A program made the position numbers and the translations under genes. Below are positions 1-8,662 of a DNA stretch of 64,000 bases, one piece after another. The notes beneath the pieces are model-generated. The model made no database searches. It worked only from the letters and a program-made list of their open reading frames with translations, and had not been told where the DNA came from. The stretch is from assembly GCA_964430945.1 (NCBI GenBank), contig CAYSHH010000002.1, positions 2,037-66,036 of the forward strand, read 5' to 3'. This DNA comes from an uncultured Candidatus Saccharibacteria bacterium. Lineage in GTDB: Bacteria > Patescibacteriota > UBA1384 > JAMDBS01 > CAYSHH01. The stretch's first letter is position 1, and the number at the start of each line of letters is the position of its first letter.

Positions 1-484
1 GCAGTTTAAAAAAATAGGAGTAAATCCGAAAAATATTATTTCAATAAATTATGAATCGAAAGAGGTAGCTGAAGCAAACAATGGTTTATTGAAAGATTCT
101 GGGATCGAAATGAAACAAGGAGATGCAACAAATTTGCAAGATTTAATAGATGTTGGAGCGATAAAGGAAAGTCAGGATTGCGTAGTTGCGATGCACGTTT
201 TAGAAGTACCAGTTATTAAAGGTGAAGTTGAAAAGAGATTTGTTCAAAATTTATATCAAATATTAAAACCCGATGGCGAATTATTGGTTTCTCAGTATAA
301 GAGAAAATTAACATCCGAAGAAGCAGAAAAAATAGGTGTGCAAAAAAATGAAGAAGGTATCTATTTTAGTGAATTATCAAATATTAGATCTAAAGATAAA
401 TTAATTAATCTTTTTCAGAAATATTTTGAAATTGAGTTCGAAGAAAATAACAGCGAATATATACTTAGAATGAAAAAGAAATGA
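1..484 (+). CDS. SAM-dependent methyltransferase, C-terminal part (5' end lies upstream of the window)
   Basis: Frame 2 is open from nt 2 to the stop at 484. It contains an LKPDGxL-type post-II motif typical of class I methyltransferases. Confidence 0.4.
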   Translation, partial: QFKKIGVNPKNIISINYESKEVAEANNGLLKDSGIEMKQGDATNLQDLIDVGAIKESQDCVVAMHVLEVPVIKGEVEKRFVQNLYQILKPDGELLVSQYKRKLTSEEAEKIGVQKNEEGIYFSELSNIRSKDKLINLFQKYFEIEFEENNSEYILRMKKK

Positions 485-494
485 GGTTTTATAT

Positions 495-1295
495 ATGAAA
501 AATAGTGCAAAAATTGGGATTATCGGTGGGTCGGGATTTTATGAGCTTATGGAAAATCCTAAAGAAGTAGAAGTGAAAACTCCTTTTGGTAAACCGTCGG
601 ACAAAATTATGATTGGTAAATACGAAGATGTGGATGTAGTATTTTTACCTCGTCATGGGAGAAAACATCATTTGCCACCTCATAAGATTCCATATAAAGC
701 AAATATGTGGGCTTTTAAAGAGATGGGTGTTAAATATGTACTTGCACCTTGTGCTTGTGGAAGTTTGCAAGCTGATATAAAGCCAGGTGAGTTTGTAATA
801 GTCGATCAATTTGTAGATCGGACTTATGGTAGAGACGATACGTATTTTCATGGACCAGATGTAGCACATATCTCAGCTGCTGATCCATATTGTAATCACT
901 TAAGACTAGAAACTGCTAAAGCTTGTAAGAAATTAAAAATAAAATATCATCTTGGGGGCACAGTGGTGGTCATAAATGGACCACGATTTTCTACTCGTTC
1001 TGAGTCTCGATGGTTCTCGAAACAAGGTTGGGAAGTTATAAATATGACCAATTATCCAGAGTGTGTACTAGCAAGAGAACTGGAGATGTGTTATACAGCG
1101 ATATGCCTAGTTACTGATTATGATGCAGGACTAGAAGGAAATAAAAATATCCAAGCAGTAACTATGGATGAAGTGGCTAGGATATTTGCCAAGAATAATG
1201 AGAAGGTGAAAAAGTTAGTAAAATATATGATAACGCACATTGATCTTAAGAAGAAATGTGCGTGTCATAATGTGATAGAGAAAGCTAGAGTTTAA
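495..1295 (+). CDS. mtnP: S-methyl-5'-thioadenosine phosphorylase (PNP/MTAP family)
   Basis: IGIIGGSGF N-terminus, LPRHGRKHHLPPHKIPYKANMWA and HISAADPY are MTAP-family signatures. Length is 266 aa. Confidence 0.8.
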   Translation: MKNSAKIGIIGGSGFYELMENPKEVEVKTPFGKPSDKIMIGKYEDVDVVFLPRHGRKHHLPPHKIPYKANMWAFKEMGVKYVLAPCACGSLQADIKPGEFVIVDQFVDRTYGRDDTYFHGPDVAHISAADPYCNHLRLETAKACKKLKIKYHLGGTVVVINGPRFSTRSESRWFSKQGWEVINMTNYPECVLARELEMCYTAICLVTDYDAGLEGNKNIQAVTMDEVARIFAKNNEKVKKLVKYMITHIDLKKKCACHNVIEKARV

Positions 1296-1308
1296 TATTT
1301 TTCTAAAA

Positions 1309-1352
1309 GGGATAGGAAACACCTTTTCGATGGCAGTTTCCTATCCCTTATT
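1309..1352 (+). terminator. Rho-independent terminator after mtnP
   Basis: The 12-bp inverted repeat gggataggaaac / gtttcctatccc is followed by a T-rich tail. Confidence 0.5.
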
Positions 1353-1511
1353 TATCCCAACCTTCGCCCCGATTTTACAAGAAGCATAAATATTTATATT
1401 TATCCTAAAATAATCTGAACTCGCTAATGCTCAGACGGCAACTTATTTTGATATAAATTATAAATATTTATTTTCTGTAAAAGGGAAAAAATAAGGGTTT
1501 ATTTTATTAAT

Positions 1512-2510
1512 ATGAAATACAGTAAACAGATAGTAATTTATAAAGATAAAAAAGGTGAGACTGAGATTGAAGTTAATCTTGAAAAAGATACGATTTGGCT
1601 TAGTCAAAAACAAATTGCATTACTCTTTGGTACTAAAAGACCTGCGATCACTAAGCATCTGTCGAATATTTTTAAGACAAGAGAACTTGATGAAAAAGAG
1701 GTCAGTTCCATTTTGGAACATACCACTCGACATGGTGCAGTAAAAGGTAAGACTCAAACTAGGAAAGTTAAGTATTATAATCTTGATGCAATAATCTCAA
1801 TTGGTTATCGGGTAAATTCTAAAAAAGCTACAGAGTTTCGAAAGTGGGCGACAAATACTTTACGACATCATCTGGTGGATGGGTATACAATAAACGAAAA
1901 ACGTCTTTTGGAAGAAAAGAAGAAATTTTCTGATCTCAAAGAAGCAATCGGTTTTATCGAAAAACAATCCGATCATTATCTTTTGCAAGGCAAGACTCGA
2001 GAATTATTATCTCTTATCGGAGATTATTCAGAGTCTTTGTCACTTTTAAAAAAGTATGATGAAGGAAAAATCAGGGTTGAAACAATCGGAAGACCAGTTT
2101 ACAAATTGACATACACAGAGTGTAAAGAAATGATAAATAGTATTTCAATTGAGCTTGTGGCTAAAAAAGAAGCTGGAAGATTGTTTGGTTCGGAAGTAAA
2201 CAATAAACTTAAGTCAATTATTGGAGCTATATATCAAACATTTAATGGAGCGAATTTGTATAAAAGTACTGAAGAAAAAGCAGCAAATCTTTTGTATCTA
2301 GTAATTAAAGATCACCCATTTTCTGATGGTAATAAGCGAATTGGGGCAATCTTGTTTGTATATTTTTTGGAAAAAAATAAATATCTTTATAAAAATCATA
2401 TTCGTAAAATTAGCAATAATACTCTGGTGTCTCTGGCACTTTTGGTTGCTACTTCTGATCCAAAAGATAAAAAATTATTGGTAAATATAATTATGAGTTT
2501 GATACAATAG
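1512..2510 (+). CDS. RhuM-domain / Doc-type Fic family protein
   Basis: The N-terminal YYNLDAIISIGYRVNSKKATEFRKWAT is RhuM-like. The C-terminal HPFSDGNKRIGA is the Doc-type (K) variant of the Fic motif HPFx[DE]GNGR. Confidence 0.7.
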   Translation: MKYSKQIVIYKDKKGETEIEVNLEKDTIWLSQKQIALLFGTKRPAITKHLSNIFKTRELDEKEVSSILEHTTRHGAVKGKTQTRKVKYYNLDAIISIGYRVNSKKATEFRKWATNTLRHHLVDGYTINEKRLLEEKKKFSDLKEAIGFIEKQSDHYLLQGKTRELLSLIGDYSESLSLLKKYDEGKIRVETIGRPVYKLTYTECKEMINSISIELVAKKEAGRLFGSEVNNKLKSIIGAIYQTFNGANLYKSTEEKAANLLYLVIKDHPFSDGNKRIGAILFVYFLEKNKYLYKNHIRKISNNTLVSLALLVATSDPKDKKLLVNIIMSLIQ

Positions 2511-2529
2511 GAATAGGTAAATAAATATT

Positions 2530-3030
2530 ATGAACAAAAAAATACAAGTTATTAAGAATTATCCATTTGTAATTGTAGGAGCTGTTTTTGGTCGAAAGGA
2601 TAAAATTGTTTTAGTGCAAGAAGCAAAAACTGATGCTGGTATGTGGAATATTCCTTCGGGTTGGCTTGAGAAAGCTGAAAATCCAATATTAGGTGCTCAA
2701 AGAGAAGTTGAAGAGGAAACAGGTATCCAAGTTAAAATTACAGGACTTTTGGGTGTTTATAATTCAATTTTTGATAAGCATGCTAAAGATATTAATATGA
2801 TTTTTAAAAATCACCATGCGTTAAGAATAATATTCAAAGCAGAAATCATAGAAGAAAAAAAACTAAAAAACAATAATGAAATATCTAAAATCGGCTGGTT
2901 TAGTGAAGATGATATTTTAAAAATGAGTAACAATTTAAGGGATCCAAATATTAAAAATGAAGTAAAAGATTATTTTTCAGGTAAAAAATATCCGTTAAGT
3001 GTTATTAAATATACGAAAGTTAAATTATGA
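2530..3030 (+). CDS. NUDIX hydrolase
   Basis: Nudix box GAQREVEEETGIQV (Gx5Ex7REVxEExGV). Confidence 0.8.
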   Translation: MNKKIQVIKNYPFVIVGAVFGRKDKIVLVQEAKTDAGMWNIPSGWLEKAENPILGAQREVEEETGIQVKITGLLGVYNSIFDKHAKDINMIFKNHHALRIIFKAEIIEEKKLKNNNEISKIGWFSEDDILKMSNNLRDPNIKNEVKDYFSGKKYPLSVIKYTKVKL

Positions 3031-3437
3031 AAATTGTTATTTGTGGGAGTATGACTTTTTCTAAAGAGATGGTAAAAACCAAGGAAGAGCTTAAAAAACT
3101 TGGGCATGTTGGCATATTGACGGAAATGATGAACGCATATCTTTTGGATGATCCAAAAGAAATTGAGAGAGTCACTATAAAGTATAAAACAGAAAAAAAT
3201 GCAATCATAGAATATTGGGATTTTATTAAGAATTCTGATGCTATATTGGTAGTAAACTATGACAGGAAAGGAATCAAAAATTATATAGGAGGCAATGCAT
3301 TTTTAGAAATGGGGTTTGCGTATGGGTTTGGCAAAAAAATATTTTTAATAAATTCCATACCAGATATGATATATACAGATGAACTTAAAGCTATGAGACC
3401 TATAATAATAAATAGAAACTTGAAGAAAATTAAATAA
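3027..3437 (+). CDS. Nucleoside 2-deoxyribosyltransferase-fold protein (NDT-like), paralog 1
   Basis: GGNAFLEMGFAYGFGKKIFLI aligns to the NDT catalytic-Glu segment (GxxxELGYAxxxGKxVLLV). Its ATG overlaps the NUDIX stop (ATGA). Confidence 0.5.
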   Translation: MKIVICGSMTFSKEMVKTKEELKKLGHVGILTEMMNAYLLDDPKEIERVTIKYKTEKNAIIEYWDFIKNSDAILVVNYDRKGIKNYIGGNAFLEMGFAYGFGKKIFLINSIPDMIYTDELKAMRPIIINRNLKKIK

Positions 3438-3444
3438 TTATATT

Positions 3445-3858
3445 ATGAAAATTGTTATTTGTGGCAGTATGAGTTTTGCAAAAAAAATTGTAGAAGTTAC
3501 TGATAAACTTCTTGATTTGGGACATAAAGTGCACTTACCACCGAATGTGAGAAAATATGCATCTGGCATGAAACCAAGTGAAACGAGGAGCGAATCGATT
3601 AAAAATAAAGTAGAAAAAGATCTTATCAGAAAGTACTATCAATGGATAAAAGAAGCAGATGTCGTATTAATAGTTAATGAAGATAAAAATGATATTAAAA
3701 ATTATATCGGTGGCAATGCTTTTATTGAGATGGCGTTTGGGTATGTATTGAATAAAAAGATATATCTTCTCAATTCAATACCCGAAGTGAGTTATAAAGA
3801 TGAGATCATTGCCATGAAACCAATAGTGATCGATAGTGATTTGGAGAAAATTAAATAG
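3445..3858 (+). CDS. Nucleoside 2-deoxyribosyltransferase-fold protein (NDT-like), paralog 2
   Basis: Tandem paralog of 3027..3437 with the same MKIVICGSM N-terminus and GGNAFIEMAFGY motif. The gap to paralog 1 is 8 nt. Confidence 0.5.
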   Translation: MKIVICGSMSFAKKIVEVTDKLLDLGHKVHLPPNVRKYASGMKPSETRSESIKNKVEKDLIRKYYQWIKEADVVLIVNEDKNDIKNYIGGNAFIEMAFGYVLNKKIYLLNSIPEVSYKDEIIAMKPIVIDSDLEKIK

Positions 3859-3870
3859 AAGGGATGAGAT

Positions 3871-4719
3871 ATGCCAGAATTACCAGAAGTAGAAACTATA
3901 AAGAGGCAACTCAAAGATAAGATTGTTGGTAAGAAAATTATTGATGTAGAAGTGAGGAAACAAAAACTTTTTCAAGGAGAAGTAAGTGATGTGGTAGGTA
4001 GTAAAATAGTTAATGTAGATCGAAGAGCTAAGATGCTAGTAATTGATTTAGATAACAAAAAACACATGCTTTTTCATCTTAAAATGTCAGGCCAGGTGAT
4101 ATTTAGAAATAAAGAAGGTAAATTTGGAGGTGGACATCCGATACCCAAATTTGATACATCGCTTCCTGGAAAGATGACCCATGTTATATTTACACTCGAT
4201 AATCAAAGCCATATCTATTTTAATGAACAGCGACAATTTGGCTGGATAAAAGTTATGAATGATGATGAGCTTAAAAAAGAGTTTGGTAAATACGGTATTG
4301 AGCCACTATCACGTGAATTTACATTTGCCAAATTTAAAGAGCTTGTGTTAAAGCGAAAGCGATCACAGATCAAGCCAGTTCTTATGGATCAAGCACTTAT
4401 TGCAGGTGTTGGAAATATTTATGCATCGGAGGCGTGTTTCTTGGCAAAAGTTGATCCGACAAGGACAGTGGGTTCGCTTAGTGATAGTGAGCTTAGAGTA
4501 GTTTATGATGGAATAAAAAAAATACTTCCTATCGCGATCAAATATCAAGGAACAAGTGCTGATCTTTATGTAAATGCTGCTGGTGAGCCTGGCAAATATG
4601 AACAATACTTACAAGTTTATGGTCGAGCTGGTGAGAAATGCTTAAGATGTGGTGAAATTATTAAAAAAATCAAACAGTCCGGCAGAGGGACATATTATTG
4701 CCCTGCGTGTCAAAGATGA
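3871..4719 (+). CDS. mutM: Formamidopyrimidine-DNA glycosylase
   Basis: MPELPEVE N-terminus (catalytic Pro2/Glu3). C-terminal zinc finger CLRCGx14YYCPACQ. Confidence 0.85.
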   Translation: MPELPEVETIKRQLKDKIVGKKIIDVEVRKQKLFQGEVSDVVGSKIVNVDRRAKMLVIDLDNKKHMLFHLKMSGQVIFRNKEGKFGGGHPIPKFDTSLPGKMTHVIFTLDNQSHIYFNEQRQFGWIKVMNDDELKKEFGKYGIEPLSREFTFAKFKELVLKRKRSQIKPVLMDQALIAGVGNIYASEACFLAKVDPTRTVGSLSDSELRVVYDGIKKILPIAIKYQGTSADLYVNAAGEPGKYEQYLQVYGRAGEKCLRCGEIIKKIKQSGRGTYYCPACQR

Positions 4720-4757
4720 CTTAGTTTTTATATAAATTTTTATAACGAAAGGAAAAT

Positions 4758-5024
4758 ATGTTAGGAGTTGAATTGTTGTCTAAGCCTGATGGCAATAACG
4801 AGTTTCGAGGAGAGATTAAAAATCAAACGCGCAAATACGAAGGTAAAGGGATTTCTGATATTAACGACGAAAGTAGAGAAAATGTAATGGAAAATTATGA
4901 TAAAAAAAACAGAGAATTACTTGAAAAAAAAGAATCATTGGAAAAAATAATTAAGGATACCCAAGGATTAATTAATACTGGTTATAAGGAGCCTACAGAA
5001 GTGGATAAAAAATCAGAAAAATAA
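4758..5024 (+). CDS. Hypothetical charged small protein (88 aa)
   Basis: ORF with an upstream aaaggaaaat SD-like element. Lys/Glu-rich, no recognised motif. Confidence 0.35.
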   Translation: MLGVELLSKPDGNNEFRGEIKNQTRKYEGKGISDINDESRENVMENYDKKNRELLEKKESLEKIIKDTQGLINTGYKEPTEVDKKSEK

Positions 5025-5042
5025 AGAAATCAGACTTTATAT

Positions 5043-5804
5043 ATGAAATATACAAATGTTTGTATTGGTATTTTAGCTTCTGGAAAAGGGACTAGATTTC
5101 GAGAAGTTGTCGGAGATACGACTTCCAAATGCATGGTTGATCTGGGTGGTAAGCCGATGCTTAGCTATATTGTTGAGACATTAGATCTTATTGGTTTTGA
5201 AAAACCAACAATTGTTGTAGGTTATAAGCAAAAACAAATACGAGATTTTTTTTGTGATCGTGTTCAATATGTAGTGCAGTCAAAGAGGATGGGGACAGGA
5301 CATGCTGGGAAAATATTACTAAATTCTGTGAATGATAAAAATATTAAATTCCTGATGATTTTTCAGGGTGATGATTCGGCTTTTTATACTACAAAGGTTA
5401 TAAGGAATTTTATAAATGACTTTTTGGAGAAAAAAGCGGTACTTAGTTTTATGACCGTTGAGCTTGATGACCCATCGGGATATGGTAGAGTGATCAGAGA
5501 TAAAAATAAAAATGTGGTAGAAATTATCGAGAAGGAAAATCTTAAGCCAGAGCATTATCAATATCGAGAAATCAATGCTGCTGGATATTTATTTGATATC
5601 GCTTGGATGAGAAAAAATATAAAAAAGCTTAAAAAACATATGCCAAAAGGAGAGTATTATCTTCCCGATCTTATAAAGCTGGCAATTAGTCAAAAGAAAA
5701 AAGTGATCGGCTATAAAATACCCCAGTCAAATTGGGTAGGTGTAAATACACCTGAAGAATATGAGAGAGCTTGCAAAATGATGAAGTTGATAAATGGAAA
5801 TTGA
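5043..5804 (+). CDS. Sugar-1-phosphate nucleotidyltransferase (GlmU N-terminal uridylyltransferase domain only)
   Basis: GILASGKGTRF (cf. LAAGKGTRM), GTGHA, GYGRVIRD and an EINAAGYLFD-like segment. No acetyltransferase hexapeptide domain is present. Confidence 0.6.
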   Translation: MKYTNVCIGILASGKGTRFREVVGDTTSKCMVDLGGKPMLSYIVETLDLIGFEKPTIVVGYKQKQIRDFFCDRVQYVVQSKRMGTGHAGKILLNSVNDKNIKFLMIFQGDDSAFYTTKVIRNFINDFLEKKAVLSFMTVELDDPSGYGRVIRDKNKNVVEIIEKENLKPEHYQYREINAAGYLFDIAWMRKNIKKLKKHMPKGEYYLPDLIKLAISQKKKVIGYKIPQSNWVGVNTPEEYERACKMMKLINGN

Positions 5805-5956
5805 CAAGTATATTTTGCTTATGATATTATAAAAAAAGCTATGGAAAATATTAATCGTCCAACATGGTTTATACTTATTCTAGGTCTGTTTATTAGATCT
5901 AGTTTTGTGTTGGGAGATAATATATAAAATAGCATTAAATGATAATATATAAAAAA

Positions 5957-5980
5957 TCTCCCAGCAACGGGAGATTTTTT
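5957..5980 (+). terminator. Hairpin plus T6 (terminator or attenuator) 37 nt upstream of the 6017 start
   Basis: tctccc-agcaac-gggaga is followed by tttttt and preceded by aaaaaa, so it would work in both directions. Confidence 0.45.
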
Positions 5981-6016
5981 GGATTTTCGGTCATTAAAAA
6001 TAAGGGAGGAAATAAT

Positions 6017-6763
6017 ATGTATGATGGAATTTATATCAAATCTCATCAAGCAGTTTCAGAGCTGCAAAGAAGGAAGAAAAATAAAACTTTAGACGGAATG
6101 ATTGAAAAATGGTTTTGTGAGAATCATCTTCCTGAAGGATTTGTGAATTTAACTAAACACAATGTTGTTGGAGTTTTAGCTAGACATGTTCCTAGCTATA
6201 AATATGAAGATATAAAATTTATAGAGATCGCAAATAAGTTGGGTATAATACCTTATTGGATCTCATACAGGAAAGATACGTTTACAACTCGTAATCCTGA
6301 TAAGAATTCTTTATGGAAACTCTCTGTGCCGAATGGCAAGGGATTAAGAAATATAAAATTATTAAAGAGACCTGATAGATATGAAAGATTTTCTTTAGAC
6401 CAAATTGTATTAAGAAATGGAGAAAAACTTGTAGATTTTCACAAAAGAATTAGAAAATTTTTTATACCAGATCTGTGTGAGAATATCGTCGAATGTTCTC
6501 CATGGTTGGGAAAATTTAAAAATTCAAGAGAATACTACAAGTATTATTTGGCATTGTTTATCAAGCACGCAATACTTTTTGAAGAATTTCATCCTCAAGG
6601 GTCAAATAAAGATGAAGATAAATTTAGAATGCAAGTTGTAGAACCGGCCATAGTAAAGATTGAAGAATTCTTTGGATTAAAGCCACTTATCGTAAGAATA
6701 CCATGGATAGGTAATGAACTTAATACCTATCCAAAAGAAATAGAAGAACTAATACATTATTAA
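6017..6763 (+). CDS. Hypothetical cytoplasmic protein (249 aa)
   Basis: An ATG preceded by the strong SD aagggagga. The ORF track extends it to 5939, but that start lacks an SD and runs through the hairpin. No recognised motif. Confidence 0.5.
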   Translation: MYDGIYIKSHQAVSELQRRKKNKTLDGMIEKWFCENHLPEGFVNLTKHNVVGVLARHVPSYKYEDIKFIEIANKLGIIPYWISYRKDTFTTRNPDKNSLWKLSVPNGKGLRNIKLLKRPDRYERFSLDQIVLRNGEKLVDFHKRIRKFFIPDLCENIVECSPWLGKFKNSREYYKYYLALFIKHAILFEEFHPQGSNKDEDKFRMQVVEPAIVKIEEFFGLKPLIVRIPWIGNELNTYPKEIEELIHY

Positions 6764-6769
6764 AAATTT

Positions 6770-6800
6770 GGACGTAATATAAAAATATTGCGTCCTTTTT
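6770..6800 (+). terminator. Rho-independent terminator
   Basis: ggacgtaatat-aaaa-atattgcgtcc (11-bp stem with one G-U) followed by ttttt. Confidence 0.5.
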
Positions 6801-6836
6801 CTTGTATTATAGGAGTTAAAATAATATTATGTATAT

Positions 6837-7769
6837 ATGAATAAAAGAAATATTATCAAAAAAATATTAAAGTTTTCTCCACGATCGGGAGAGAATGAGA
6901 TGAGGGTGGTTAATCTTATAAAAAAAATTTTAAATAGCAAAAAAATTAACCATCAAATCCAATATTTTTATAATTATTATCCTAAGGAGAAATCTTGCGA
7001 TCTAAATATTGACGGTAAGTCTATGAAATCACAATCATGCTGTTTTGAATCTGGGAAAATAAGGGATAAAAAGATTGTAAATTCAATTGATTTCGATTGT
7101 GAAGACGATGGCAATGTAATCAGTTATAATCCAGAATGTGATGGGGTGTCTTTGAGTACTTATTATAGAAAAGCATCTTTAGCAATAAAAAGGGGTGATC
7201 TAAAAAAAATAAAAAATGCGATAAATGTTAGTGCGGTAATTAAAATTGTCAAACAAAAATTTAGGTCAGCTAATATTTTATTGGGCAATAGTAAAAATCC
7301 TAGGAATGTTTTATTTTGTCATTTTGATTCCGTATTAAAGGGAGCAGTTGATAATGCTAGTGGAGTAAGTGTATTGCTAGATATTGCTATAAGTGACAAA
7401 AAATATTTAAAGAATAATCTATTGGTATTCTCTGGAAGCGAAGAAATTAGCTACGATTGGCCAATCTATTGGGGATATGGATATAGAATATTTGAAAAAG
7501 AACACGGAAATTTATTGGATCAGGTAAGTAAGATACTGGTTATTGACAGCGTGGGTAATGGAATATCTAATGTGTCCCAAGATCAAGAATTACAAAAATT
7601 AGCTTTTCCAATAAATGAATTATCGAGATTAAAGAAAAAAATATTTATTGTTCATGGCGATATGGATAAACTGATGAAAATATATCATTCTGATCTGGAC
7701 GATGTAGATCAGATAGAGGAAAATGTTTTAGATCAAACCAAGGAAAAAATTCTACAGCTAATTATATAG
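6837..7769 (+). CDS. M28-family peptidase-like protein (metal ligands partly degenerate)
   Basis: HFDSVLKGAVDNASGVSVLL resembles the M28 HxD...GAxDNxSGVA motif. FSGSEE resembles the EE motif. The N-terminal PRSGENEMRVVNLI is M28-like. Confidence 0.45.
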   Translation: MNKRNIIKKILKFSPRSGENEMRVVNLIKKILNSKKINHQIQYFYNYYPKEKSCDLNIDGKSMKSQSCCFESGKIRDKKIVNSIDFDCEDDGNVISYNPECDGVSLSTYYRKASLAIKRGDLKKIKNAINVSAVIKIVKQKFRSANILLGNSKNPRNVLFCHFDSVLKGAVDNASGVSVLLDIAISDKKYLKNNLLVFSGSEEISYDWPIYWGYGYRIFEKEHGNLLDQVSKILVIDSVGNGISNVSQDQELQKLAFPINELSRLKKKIFIVHGDMDKLMKIYHSDLDDVDQIEENVLDQTKEKILQLII

Positions 7770-7771
7770 TT

Positions 7772-8500
7772 ATGCGACAATATAAAACTCAAGGTATTAT
7801 TATCAAGCGATCTAACTTCTCAGAATCTGATCGGTTGCTTACGATATATACCAGAGATTATGGTAAAGTGCGCGCTATTGCCAAAGGTGTACGGAAAACT
7901 AGATCAAAACTTTCGGGGCACATGGAATTGTTTTACCTGGTGGATTTTCAGATACATAAGGGTAAAAATTTGGATATGATAATAGGTGCAAGCCTAATAG
8001 AAAAATATAATAATATTCGTTTGGATAGAGAGCTTATTAATTATACATACTATATGTCCGAACTTGTGTACCGATCCACTCACGAAAACTTAGCAAGCAA
8101 AAAAATATTTAATCTTTTAAAAGATATTTTTTCGGATTTGAGTCAAAAAAATAAAGAAAAATTAATTTGTTATTTTGAATTAAAACTTTTTGATATTTTG
8201 GGGCATAGGCCTGAGGTTGGGAAATGTGTAATTTGTTCTCGGGAAATTAATGAAGATAAAAATTATTTTGATTATTCTTGTGGTGGTCTTATTTGTACAA
8301 AGTGTCTTACTAATAAGGACAAGGCAATAGAAATAGATAAAAATTTGGTGAAGATGTTAAGAATAATTGAAAAGCAGAACCAAACATATTTTCAAAGAAT
8401 AAAAACCAATAACAAGATGATGACAGATTTGAGAAGTTGTATATGTCAAATTCGATATAATGTGCTTGAAGATGAGCTTAAAAGCAGCAGATTTTTATAG
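7772..8500 (+). CDS. recO: DNA repair protein RecO
   Basis: The OB-fold N-terminus (GIIIKRSNFSESDRLLTIYTRDYGKVRAIAKG) and a CxxC...CxxC zinc motif. Confidence 0.8.
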   Translation: MRQYKTQGIIIKRSNFSESDRLLTIYTRDYGKVRAIAKGVRKTRSKLSGHMELFYLVDFQIHKGKNLDMIIGASLIEKYNNIRLDRELINYTYYMSELVYRSTHENLASKKIFNLLKDIFSDLSQKNKEKLICYFELKLFDILGHRPEVGKCVICSREINEDKNYFDYSCGGLICTKCLTNKDKAIEIDKNLVKMLRIIEKQNQTYFQRIKTNNKMMTDLRSCICQIRYNVLEDELKSSRFL

Positions 8501-8662
8501 GTCTTTTCAAGGGGGGCTTAATCTGTTATGCTAGAATCGCAAATATAAAAATAAGAATTGATGTCTGTTTTCGGTCCAACTGTAGGAATGACCAGCTTTT
8601 CTGATTGCAGTGTGGTTTTCGAAAAAATTTTCTGGCTCGTTTCTCTTTTATGAAATCGTGCC

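Noticed and set aside
645-869. 74-aa minus-strand ORF inside mtnP
   Set aside because: It lies antisense within a well-supported MTAP gene. Its hydrophobic low-complexity translation is typical of AT-rich antisense frames.
1555-1743. 62-aa + strand ORF overlapping the start of the RhuM/Fic gene in another frame
   Set aside because: It is an alternative frame of a confidently called gene and has no SD.
5939-6016. Upstream extension of the 6017 gene to the ORF-track start at 5939
   Set aside because: No SD precedes 5939, the extension would translate through a strong hairpin plus T6, and the 6017 ATG has a near-perfect SD. It is kept as an alternative in the findings.
5819-6049. 76-aa minus-strand ORF across the 5043-gene and 6017-gene spacer
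   Set aside because: Its junk-like hydrophobic sequence spans two terminator-like hairpins, and it has no SD.
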